A DNA stretch of 64,000 bases, taken from NCBI GenBank assembly GCA_964106915.2, contig OZ066914.1; one strand, given 5' to 3'. The notes beneath the pieces were generated by a model. The model was not told where the DNA came from. It saw only the letters and a program-made list of their open reading frames with translations, and did no database searches. Origin of the DNA: Podarcis gaigeae (lineage: Eukaryota). The position numbers and the translations under genes are program-made. How positions within the stretch are numbered: the first letter of the stretch is position 1; the number at the start of each line of letters is the position of its first letter. Positions 13,956 to 26,700 of the stretch are shown here, one piece after another.

Positions 13956-16900
13956 CCTTCTGCCAGACATCATAGTATGTGTTTTCCTACTACGGTTACA
14001 TTGGTTCCGCACAGTATTATATAAAAAAACCTGTTTTGTCCTCAAAATAACTCTATTAAGTAGATTAGGCCAAGAAATTGCGAGTTGCCCAAAGCCCCAC
14101 ATTGAGCTTCATGGTTCATTAGAGTTTTGAACTCAGTTCTCCCCAACTTTTAAGCCCATTATGCTGTTAATTCCACTGGACTTGTTCTGAATGAAACAAG
14201 ATGAGATGAGCAGAGTAACTGCAGGATTAGCTGACCAACTGCAAAGAAACTGCAGGAGGTACACATTGCAGGACAGTAATACTTTCCCAAGCTTCCTTGC
14301 ACTGAAACAGGACTCACCCTTACCTGCCACACTCTATAGGTAAGAGTTCATGTCATCGTGAAACCTCATGTTTTACAAGAACACACCTCATTTTGAGTTA
14401 CCATGATGCCTCTCACCTTTTTCCTCCTAGGGGAAATCCGAACAATTTTTACCAAAAAAAGGAATATGCTTCCTTTTACTGTGCAAAGCAAACACAGTAC
14501 TAAAACATCTCTCACTCAGGAAGCTGCTGTGAATTAACTAGCCTAATGTTCACAACTGTTTGATCAAACATAGTTGCAGCATCTAATAATAGGAGGTAGA
14601 GCAAGTAATTATTCAGAGATCCCAGTTGCCTTATCACTACATGCAAGCTGCTGCTATGTGCTCCCTGCCTTGTCTGGCTTCAGTTTTGCTACATTATTCA
14701 TCAGTGTGCATCTGGGACTTGAAGTGCCTAAATTAGTCTCATGGAACTGCTTTTCCAGAATGAAGAAGAAACAAACAAACAAACAGGAAAAGAATGGAGA
14801 AGCTGCTTACTTTGGAAGCGTGACATTCAGTGTTCCGATTGGCAGTATTTCCATTGACTTGCCCCAGAATTTGTTTTTCCACCTGATATCTGAATAACAT
14901 AGCAAAGATTCAGAAAGCTGCAAATTACAGAAGTTCTACAAATGCAACAAACCATTATTTGTCTTTGTCTAATACGAAAGTCCTAAAACAGCAGGCTTCA
15001 CAATTATATTAACCTTTTCGTTAAATTCCACAAAAATGAAACTATGCATGTAATTGTAAGTTTTCTTTTTTTAAAAAAAAAACAAAAACAAAAACAGAAC
15101 TAAATTGGTCTTTAGGCTTCTGAATTAAAATGTATACCTTGCCAAAACACAAAATTCTTTGATTCACAGTGACAGGCAGAAATGGGTGGGTGGTGGCTAA
15201 CCTGAAATAAAAAATTACGGTGGTGAGGAATTGTTGCAAAAGACTTTCATTTTTATCATCACTGTAACAGACACCTTACATAAAAGAGAGATGATGGAGC
15301 AGCAGAAAAAGCTACTGCTATTCTAGGCTGCATCAACAGAAGTATAGTATCCCAATCAAGGGAAGTAATAGTACCGCTCTATTTTGCCTTGATCAGACCC
15401 CACCAGTAATATTGTGTGCATTTCTGGGCACCACAATTTAAGAAGGATATTGACAAGCTGGAACTTGTGCAGAGGTGAGTGTCCATGATGATCAAGACTC
15501 TGGAAACCTACCCTTATGAGGAACAGTTGAGAGAGTTTAGTCTGGAAAAGAGGAGACTGAGAGGAGATATGATAGCCATCTTCAATTATCTGAAGGGCTG
15601 TCACAGGGAAGATGGAGCAAGCCTGTGTTCTTCTGCTCCGAAGGCTGGTATCCGAACCAACAGATTCAAGTTACAAAAAAGGAGATTCCAACGAAACATC
15701 AGGAAGAACTTTCTGACAGGAAGGGCTGTTCAATAGAAACAGATCCCACAAGAGATGGTGGACTCTCCTTCCTTGGAAGTTTTTAAGCAGAGATTGTATG
15801 GTGATGCGTCATGTAGGATCTAGTTGAGATTCCTGCATAGAATCATAGAAATATAGAACTGCAAGGGACCCTGAGGATCATCTAGTTTAGGCATCCCCAA
15901 ACTCGGCCCTCCAGATGTTTTGGAACCACAACTCCGACCATCCCTAGCTAACAGGACCAGTGGTCAGGGATGATGGGAACTGTAGTCCTAAAACAGCTGG
16001 AGGGCCGAGTTTGGGGGTGCCTGATCTAGCTCAACCCCCTACAATGCAGGGATATGCAGCTGTCCCATATGGGGATTGAATCAGCACCACACTCTAACCA
16101 ACTGAGCTATCCAGAAACTTGGACCATTACAGGGAGCTGGGCCATCAGGGTCCCTTCCAGCTCCACAGTTCTAGGATTCTATGATTTCTGCAAAACTGGA
16201 TTCAGCTTTACAATGCTGAATTGCACCTAATGCTTGAAAAACAAATATATATCTTCAAATCCATTTTAAAAGGTATATATTTAGATTCATATTGGCCAAC
16301 ATTCTGAAAATAAGATGAAATGCATCAACCAAAATAAACAAATAAATCACAAATTAAAGCCACGGTGCTATTTGAGGGTCTCTTTTGGAACAGATTTTAC
16401 CTGCTCCGAGAAAAAACGAAATCCTTTGTCTTCCCTAATCGATTCGTAAGTTTCACCAAGCACAGGGTTAAAAGGCTTGCTTCCAGCTCTGTAGTAAGTG
16501 GAGGCATATCCTGAAGTTGCAAAGGCAGCAATAAGGACCTAGTTAAAACAAAGTGAAAAAACTTGAGAAACAATATCCAAACAGTACTGGAGAGACTGTG
16601 CAAGCGAAAGGGTGTTTCCTTTTCTGGGTGATGGCAGCACCTTTGGTGTTAGTGCTACAGCTGCAGACAGTAAATCTGTTCTTGCAATAGCCACTGTCCC
16701 AACATAATAAAGGACAGGGAAAGTCACGCTCCAAGTGGTGCGAAGGTAGGAACGCCAATAATATCCATCCGAATCTGTTCCCAAGGCATACAGTATCCGA
16801 AGCAGGCTTAAAGATGAAGAATATATTTGCTATTTTTGTCTTGGGGTCAGAGGCAATTGTGTGGGGGAAAGAAAGGATGTGCAATCTGGAAAGCCCTTAA

Positions 16901-19900
16901 TGGCGAAACAAGTTTTTTTTTTTTTTGTGATACAAGGATCTACCCGGGGGGGGGGGGGGAGAGAGAGCTAGCACTCCCCTTTTTTGCATTTCCAGTTTGC
17001 ATCCTCCCACCTTTTCCATACTTTTACTCTAGATCGATATCCTGAGGATTTTTATTTGGGTTTTATTAGGCGCCATCCTCAGGTGCTGACAAAAAAAAAA
17101 ATAACACCAGTTAGTCGGTGATAGAAGGGGGCAGAAATGGATGTGTCTTATGCAATTAGAGAAAGCAAAGAGTACTTTCAGATCTCTGGAGAACTGTCAT
17201 CTCTACAAGCCTATTGAGAATCATCTCATATTACAATTTGGTCTGTTTTGCAGACCCGGAAAGTGGAGCACCACTCCTGTGTACAGGAATATAATGGAAG
17301 CAGTCCGCCTGGAATCCTCCCCTCCCCCCCCCATTCATGCCATCTTGAAAGTTGTCTTGAGCAAAAGCATTCCTAGCGGGGCTTGCAGAGTGGAATTCCC
17401 CAGCGATTTGCTCATTGCACAGAAAAGGGTAATATAGGGATGTGGCTACAGCTTTGGAATTCACAGGTCTGACAAAATAGACAGACAAGTGAGTGATCAC
17501 TCTCTGCAACAGAGGCTCTAGTGGTTTTTTAAACTACTTATTTCCCTTTAGAATCGCTCAAGAGGCTTATACCAAGTGCCTTCTCTTGCATTACCTTAGC
17601 AGTGTGGCCGCTACGGTAGCATCACTCCTTTCCACACTGTGAAGGTAGCGTCAAAAGTTTCAAACCATGTAGCACCTGAAACTCCTAATCTCAGGGTTGA
17701 GGGTTCAAACCACACACTGGGCAAAATGTGGATTCCGGCACTGCAGGGGGTTGGACCAGATGACCTTTGCGGTCCCTTCCAACTCTATGGTCTTACGATT
17801 CTATGTGGGAGGAGCCCATACTGTAGAGTCCTTAGATTACTTCATCATACTAGTATTGCCCTGTTTGGAAAGCAAGGCAATGAGGGGGGAAGGGGGGGGA
17901 AACAACAATATGAGCTCTTCCCACATGAGCTGGGTCTCCTGGCAAAAGGATGTCCGTGAGCAGCTTCCATACCACAAAGGTAATGTGAGACTGGACCCTA
18001 AGACTCACTATAACACGTATGCAAGTTCATTCATCCAAATTTATACTGCTCCTGCAAGGCTCCACTTATGTGAGCAGTTATCTGCAGAGATATAGCCAGC
18101 CAAGGACCATCTATACTGGTTATAAGAAAGTACGCCAACGAAAGGAACAGGCTGGAAAAAAAGTAAAAAAATCCTTTATGTCAGAATCTAGCTGCTTTCA
18201 CGCTAGAGGTGAGGTTAAAGGTAAAGGTAAAGGTACCCCTGCCCATACGGGCCAGTCTTGACAGACTCTGGGGTTGTGCGCCCATCTCACTTAAGAGGCC
18301 AGGGGCCAGCGCTGTCCAGAGACACTTCCGGGTCACGTGGCCAGCGTGGCAAAGCTGCATCTGGCGAGCCAGAGCCGCACACGGAAACGCCGTTTACCTT
18401 CCCGCTGGTAAGCGGTCCCTATTTATCTACTTGCACCCGGAGGTGCTTTCGAACTGCTAGGTTGGCAGGCGCTGGGACCGAGCAGCGGGAGCGCACCCCG
18501 CCACAGGGATTCGAACCGCCGACCTTTCGATCGGCAAGTCCTAGGCGCTGAGGCTTTAACCCACAGCGAGGTTACAATAATGGAAAATGCACAAATGTAC
18601 AGTGGACCCTCTAGTTATGTACCGCTCTGGATACATAACTTTCAGGTTACGAACGCGGCAAACCCAGAAGTGTATGCTTCCGGGTTTCATCGCGCGCATG
18701 CGCAGAAGCGCTCTGCACACCGTGGGCATGAGCAGAAGTGGCGCTTCTGCCTACGGACTTTTTGGGTTGTGGACAGACCCCCAGAACAAATTTAATTCGT
18801 ATCCGGAGGGTCCACTGTATGCAATATTAGAGCTTTAGGAGAGGGATAAACACATGAAGGGACATGCAAGGGCGTGCTCCGTCTGGTTTACTACCATTCG
18901 TTCGTAGGGGTCATCAGATTCAGCAGCCTTGTCCAAGAGTTCACTGTATTCCAGTTCCTCACAAAGGTGTTGCAATGTATTCAGAGGCTCGTTTAGCTCT
19001 ACCGGCATGGATACTTTTGAGAGATCCTTCCCGATATTGTTCCTCAAAATGTTCCACAGGTTGATATTACTAGTATCAGGGCAGGGGGTCGGGAGGCACG
19101 TCCTTCGTCCATTTCTGAAAGCACCACCGGTCAGCTCATCATTAAGTACTGGAAGGGAAACAGCAGAACAGCAGGGATGTGAAATCCTTTCACTGACTGA
19201 TAAACGAAAAATAAAATGGTTTGTATCCAGTGCTAGCTGTACTCAAAGTAAACCCACTGAATTTCATAGGTATGACTAACTTAGGCCCATTCATTTCAAA
19301 GGGTCTGTTGTTGTTATAGATTTATTTATACCCCACCTTTTTCCCTGACAGGACTCAAGGCGGTTTACAGATAAAAAGAAGGACCGCTAAAAACACAGAA
19401 AAAAACATTGTAAGAAAACAACTATAAACATTGAAAGAATTAAAATTATATACATATAATGAAATCTACTAAAACCATAGAAATAACTACAGTAAAAAAC
19501 AGAAGGAAGAGTGCTATTCTACAGTTAACAGGGATAAAAATGTAAAAGTGGCCCTCGCTGACTTGAGTTGCATCCAGAGATGGTTCTGATTTATATGTGC
19601 ACCAACCACACCTAAAAAGAACACTTATTTTCTAAAACTTAAAAAAAACAACCCTGCATACATTGCCGAGAAACGTTGTCTGCAACACTGGTGTTGTCTT
19701 CTGATATGTTGTCACTCACGTCACTGATGTACGACTCATCATCAGAAGCCTAAAGAAGAAAACAAAGAGATTTAAATGAAAAGCAAATGGAAGCAGAGGA
19801 GGAGGAGGAGGAGGAAGAAAACAACAAGTGGAACACTAAATAGAAATGTTTTCATAAATTCAAGTCCCAGTGACGCATGTATCCTAGAGTTGTTATCAGG

Positions 19901-20687
19901 CTGAAGAGTGCCTGTTTTGTGAAACCCAGGTTTGGCCAATATCATCCCATTTTTAGCTCGTGCCTAAATATGTAAGCTCTCCATCTTCCTCTCTGAAGAG
20001 CAAGCTGTGCTGGAAGTGACTGTAGGTCAAAGAGTGTCTGTTCTATTGAATACAGATGACTCATGTAAGCCTATCACTGTCCATATGATGTATAAGGGGA
20101 ATGCCTCTAAATCATTCTCTGCAAACACACTTCAAACCATGGTTTTAAAGAAGGGAAGGGTAACTTTTTCTGGCACCACAATCACAGGTGTGTAGATGGT
20201 TGGGGGCTGAATCCCAGAAAGCATGACCGGAGCCAGTCACACTGCCATACCTTAAACCAACTCATGCTCACAGACACTCTTGGAAAGACAGGTACCGTAT
20301 TTTTCGCTCTATAATATGCACTCTTCCCCTCCGAAAAATTAAGGGGAAATGTGTGTGCGTCTTATGGAGCAAATGCAGGCTGTGCAGCAATCCCTCTTGC
20401 TGTTCTGGCTTCAGGGATAGCCGCGCAAAACCTCTTCAACAACATTTGATTCAGAATATTTTTTTTCTTGTTTTCTTCCTCTAAAAACTAGGTGCGTCTT
20501 ACGGGTCGGGTGCGTCCTATAGAGCGCAAAATACGATACATGGGGTATGTCTTATTTCTCCATTTTAATTACCTCCAACCAGCCTCCCAAACAGCTGTAT
20601 GCACAGGGAAGCACACACTCAATCATTCATGGGAAGTCAGATGCTTCAGGATACAATATGACCCCTTTTGAAGAGGAGGTGAGGTTG

Positions 20688-20761
<74 letters not shown>

Positions 20762-23700
20762 TATGTGCCCACCCTCCCCAATCTACACAAGAATACTTTC
20801 CTCACTGCAATTAGCAACATGGAAACAGAAGAAGAAGAAGAGTTTGGATTTGATATCCCGCTTTATCACTACCCGAAGGAGTCTCAAAGCGGCTAACATT
20901 CTCCTTTCCCTTCCTCCCCCACAACAAACACTCTATGAGGTGAGTGGGGCTGAGAGACTTCAGAGAAGTGTGACTAGCCCAAGGTCACCCAGCAGCTGCA
21001 GGTGGAGGAGCGGAGACGAGTCTATCGCTCTTAACCACTACACCACACTGGCTCTCAATTCTCTTCCCTGCTGCGCTGCTGATGGCTGATTAACTGGGCA
21101 GTAGGAAGAGTGAGCAAGTTTCCCCCACAGCTTGGTGGGCTGTAGAGAGAGTGGTTGAGGGCCCTATGTGGCCCACCCTTGTTTTAAGGAAAGAAAAACA
21201 AATTTTCTTGCCATGGCAAATGAAAAACCAGTAAGCGAAAAACAGGGTGCAAGTGTGGGTAGGGGCGTCAAAACTGAGCTACTAATTTAAAGGTAAAGGT
21301 ACCCCTGTCCGTACGGGCCAGTCTTGACAGACTCTAGGGTTGTGCGCTCATCTCACTCTAGAGGCCGGGAGCCAGCGCTGTCCGCAGACACTTCCGGGTC
21401 ACGTGGCCAGCATGACGAAGCTGCTCTGGCAAACCGGCACCAGAGCAGCACACAGAAACCCCGTTTACCTTCCCGCTGTAAAGCGGTCCCTATTTATCTA
21501 CTTGCACTTAAGGGTGCTTTCGAACTGCTAGGTGGGCAGGAGCTGGGACCGAATGACGGGAGCTCACCCTGCTGCGGGGATTTGAACCGCCGACCATGCG
21601 ATCGGCAAGTCCTGGGGGGTTAAGGTTTTACCCACAGCACCACCCGCGTCCCTACTGAGCTACTAATTTACTTCCTTCCAAAGAACGGAAAATGGGGGAA
21701 ATGCAATGGTAGCAATTTACGTGTCACTCATTCCACAACACTGCTGCCTGCTTGTGACAGGAGGAAGGTGGAGCAAATGGGTCACGAATTGCTGCCTCTG
21801 GCCATGATCTCAAGGCAATTAAGTGGCAAGCAGTTCCTTTACTCCAGATTAACCCTACAAAAATCAGTGGGACTACTCTTGGAACTGTCAGATTGTTCTA
21901 AGAGCTTCACCTAATTCTTAGGACTTTGTGTGATAGGTTAGGATTATTATCCTCATATTTCATTCTGAGATAGTGACTTGCCTACGGTCAACAACTTAAC
22001 TTCATAGCAGAGGTGTGATTTGAACCAGGAGACTGCTGTGTCCATGTCCAAGCCTTCCGAATTAGGATCAAAAGTTTGGTAGAGGTAAAGGTAAAGGGAC
22101 CCCTGACCATTAGGTCCAGTTGTGGCCGACTCTGGGGTTGCAGCGCTCATCTCGCTTTATTGGCCGAGGGAGCCGGCGTACAGCTTCCGGGTCATGTGGC
22201 CAGCATGACTAAGCCGCTTCTGGTGAACCAGAGCAGCGCACGGAAACGCCGTTTACCTTCCCGCCGGAGCGGTACCTATTTATCTACTTGCACTTTGAGG
22301 TGCTTTCGAACTGCTAGGTGGGCAGGAGCAGGAACCGAGCAACGGGAGCTCACCCTGTCGCGGGGATTCGAACCGCCGACCTTCTGATCGGCAAGTCCTA
22401 GGCTCTGTGGTTTAACCCACAGCGCCACCCGCGTCCCCAAAAGTTCGGTACTTGATCCCAAATGCATTATAATTATATAGAGCACAGCAGAAGAAATAAT
22501 CAGGCTTTCACTCCCTAACCTCGTTTTCTGATGAGCTTGCAGACAGAAGCACCTCCTGCGCATCAAAGAACTCAGAGACAGATTCCGACATGGAGAGCCT
22601 GCTTTCATTAGAAACTTGCTGGGAGAGTGGGAGACTGACATGGATCTGTTCACCTGCCTGCAAAAAGGGAAAAACACACACATATGAACTCCAGATGCCC
22701 ACACATGACAGAGAAAAAGCAAGAGCATGCCTAATCAATATATTTTATTGGACAGATGCCCTGCTTCTTCCCTGCATGGCCGCTCCTTCCTCCCTGTTTG
22801 GAAAATAAGCTCTAGCAAACGGAGAGTTCAGGTTGAAAAGAAGCCATTTTGCAAGGGGAGCGCAAAGAACCTCTTTTCCAGCTAGCACTCGAATAACTCC
22901 TTTTTTTGTGTGGCAGGGGACAGAGAGAAATGCCTTCCCTCAAGATTGTTCCTCTGCTACAGGAAAACCCAGCATCTTCCAGCACTGAAATGATACCTTG
23001 TGTTTGATGGGGAAGGGAGGCCCAACCCTCACCTGACACACTTCAGCTTCAGCCATGTTGTAAGACTGCTTTAGCACAATGCTCTCATGTCCTGAAGCCT
23101 GAGCTTGTTTGTTTGCATGTATGCGCACACACAGGGGTGGCCTGCAGCAAAAAGTTGCAGCTCATCATCCCCTATTAAAAGAAACGTTCTTGTTCCTGTT
23201 TCGAACCATTCCTTCCTTCCCAACCTAGCATTCTACTGTGTCCTAGTTTTTTGTTTAGTTTTTTGCAACTGTCTCTACCTTTTGTGGATACTGAACATGC
23301 TCAGGGTTTGTCAGGCTGTTTTATGTTTGCTTGCAGGGGTTTTCTTTTGTCTTAGAGGGTTTTTAAAAGGATGATTTTTTTTGTACTTCTGCAAATGAGC
23401 CTGCTGTTATGTTCGTCTTGTTTCTCAGTGGTCCCATTTTGACTACAATCGTTTTGGCACTCACCACCTGTCTTTGTCTTTAGGTAAAGGTAAAGGGACC
23501 CTTGACAGTTAAGTCCAGTCACGAACGACTCTGGGATTGCGGCGCTCATCTCGCTTTACAGGCCTAGGGAGCCGGCATTTGTCCGCTCCGCAGACAATTT
23601 TTCCAGATCATGTGGCCAGCATGACTAAGCTGCTTCTGGCGCAATGGAACACCAACACCAGAACAGCGCACGGAAACACCGTTTACCTTCCCACCGGAGT

Positions 23701-26700
23701 GGTACCTATTAATCTACTTGCACTTTTTGGGGTGCTTTCGAACTGCTAGGGTGGCAGGAGCTGGGACCGAGCAACAGGATCTCACCCCATCACGGGGATT
23801 TGAACCACCGACCTTTTGATTGGCAAGCCCAAGGCTCAGTGGTTTAGACCACAGCGCCAACCGCATCCCATGTCTTTGTCATTAGGTGGGAGCTTATCTA
23901 TTTATCTGAAGTGTTCTTTACCTTACCCTTCAGTCAAACAGGTTCCCAGTGCCATTTCCTCAGAAGGAAAGGCCCACTCACTACCTGAGGGATAGCTCAG
24001 TTGGTAGAGTATGAGGGCTCTTAATCTCAGGGTGGTGAATACAAGCCCCACATTGGGCGAAAGATTCTTGCATTGCAGGCTAGATTGCTGACCCTTCCAA
24101 CTCTACAATTCTATGATTCTATTTCAAATTTAGAATATGTAAATGTTTTCCTTAGTTCAGGTCTGGAGCTCACGTCTCCTTTAGCTCCCTCCTGTAGCAA
24201 AGCTCATCCTCTCACATTACACACAGTTAATAAGCTACGACTACAAGACTGGGACAAGAAACAGCATCACACCATGGGGATGGCCACTCCAACTAACACA
24301 GAGACAAGACAGTGGCTATAGAAGCCCTGGAACTCCAAGAATGATTCAGGGCACTCTGCCTTTGTAGCACCCAGCAACTTTTATACAGTAGCCTCAACAC
24401 ACTTATTTCTGACTATATAAATACACTTCGAAGATTCTTCTCCCAGTTTTCTATTCTATAAAGCTGACTTCAAATGAAGGAGGCTCCGAAAGGAATTTCC
24501 ATTTTTGTCCAAGCAGAAGGGATTCATCAGAAAAGCACATGGTAATGGTAAATGGTGAAAAATAAAGGAAAAGGGTGTGGGTGTGTGAGGAGACACTGCA
24601 ACTTGAATATCATCAAATACAGAGCGTTCAGTGAGACCAGAAAGAATTATCTTATGGTGTGCCTCATATGTTTAAAAGACATCTGCTTTGTCTCGCTTGG
24701 AAACTGAACTTTCCAGCATTTTGGAGCTCAGTAGTGGCTAAGGGAGGATTGGAAAGAAACTGAACTCTCTAGCATTTTGGAGCTCAGTTGAGGCTAAGGG
24801 AGGATTGGAAAGAGGGAGACCAGACCCTACACAAGCTTTCCTACTGGTTATAGGGCTTGTTATTCTGGACAATCATTATAACTTCAGTTAATCTATTTCA
24901 GCATGGCAGTATTAAGAATAACTAGCGTTCTTAACAATGGCAGTACATGTGGACTAATGTATTTGCCTTCCATCTTTCCATATTTGAAGTGTGAGGATTG
25001 GTAACTTATTGAAGAACAGGGATGGAGAGTAGGAATAAATGAGTAATTCTCACAATGGAGGGATGCAAGAAGTGGAATGCCACCCAAATTGGAACTGGTG
25101 TTTTTCAACTTGTTCATCAATGATCCTGAGTTAGGAGTGAACAACAAACTTTCCAAGTTTGCAATTATCCCAAATTATTGAAGATGATGAAAGGAAAAAC
25201 AGATTGCAAAAGAACTCCAAAAAGGATGCCTACAAAATGCTGAACGAGTAACATAATCGCGAATGTGGTTCAATGTCAATAAATGTAAAGAGATGAACAT
25301 TGTGGCAAAAAAATCTGAAGTTCATACGTATAGTGATGGTGTCTGAGCTGAATGTGACTGGCTGGGAAAGGGATCTTGGGGTGGAAGCAGATTGCTCCAT
25401 GAAAATGCTGACCCAGTGTGCAGCAGCTATGAAAAAGCTACAAATTCATGTCAGAGATCATTAAGAAAGTGTCTGAAAATTTTAAAAAAATGTGAATACT
25501 GAAATGCCTTTGTACAACTCTTTGACGTGGTCATACCTGAAATACTGAGTACAGTTCTGGTTGTGACACCTCAAACAAAATCTATTAATTTTTTTGTAGA
25601 ATTGGTAAAAACCAACCAAAATGATAAGAGCTGGAGAAGCTCCCCTATGAGGAAAGCTTACAATTTTTTAAGGCTTTCTATAGGGTTTTTTTTGGGGGGG
25701 AGGGTAGCTGAGTGAAAAGTTTATTAAAAAAATATACACAATATGGAGAAGGTGGATAGTCAGAAGACTTTCTCCCTCTCTCATAGCACTAGAACCTAAG
25801 GTTATTAAATGAGTCTGACTGGTGAGACTGTCCCAAGCAACAAAAGGAAGTCCTTCTTCATATCACACATAGTCAGCTTATGAAATTGGCTGCTTCAAGA
25901 TTTGTGGTGATTGCCACTAGGCCAGATAGCATTACAAGGGGGTGAAGAAAACTCATAGAGGAGAAGGTTACCAGTTGGGAAGGCTATATAGGCCAACCCT
26001 AGGATCAGATGCAATCTGCCTCTAAATACCTGTTGCTGGGAATGGGGTGGGCTGAGGGTGAGGTTTCTTGCCCTCAAGTCCAGGAAACAGAGCTAGTGGT
26101 GCACTATGGGGAAAAGGCCGTTTGACTTAACTAGTCTGGTCCAGCAAGGCTCTTCTTATGGATTCTTGGCTGCTTGCTTACTTAAATACAAATGCACCAG
26201 AAACAGGGCTAATTTGTATTCTAACACCAAACCTTCCACTTCTCAGATTTCCAAAAGGAATCTCACACAAACTACAGCTCATTACTTTCATCAATGCTAC
26301 TGGAACATTTCCTGAAATGAGCCTGACCCAATGCTTGCCAGCTTTGCCAAAGAGAATGATTTAGTCATTAGTGATAATTAGCGGGTTTTGACTACTGTAA
26401 GTCCATTAGAGCAATGACAAAGTCTTACCTCATCAGGACTAGGGATAATATTTACACTGACAACCTGATCACAAATAACAGACTCTGAATGTATTCTGTT
26501 CAAGCGACTCCTTAGTTCAGCATTCTGGTTGATAGCCTTAAAATAACAAAAATTAAATATTTAATTTCAAATGTACAAGACAGCACAAAGCAGAGTCAAA
26601 CCACTGCTGTACCCTATATTTGGGCCAGAACCAAAGTGTTACATTATATGGATGGTACTTCTAAGCAACTAACTTTTTTCCTCCAACCATTAGTATTATG

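Larger units (their letters stand above)
15290..16188 (+). mobile_element. CR1 LINE 3' fragment (degenerate RT C-terminus and 3'UTR) with nested insertions
   Basis: Translates [30 protein letters not shown]...[12 protein letters not shown]; ATTCTATGATT tail. Confidence 0.9.

Noticed and set aside
18209-18551. Recurrent ORFs such as ...[13 protein letters not shown]... (also at 21324, 22076, 23537, 53705)
   Set aside because: Translations of Sauria SINE copies
23985-24060. tRNA-Lys-like sequence as a tRNA gene
   Set aside because: Degenerate T-arm and acceptor stem, and it continues into a CR1 tail; it is a SINE head
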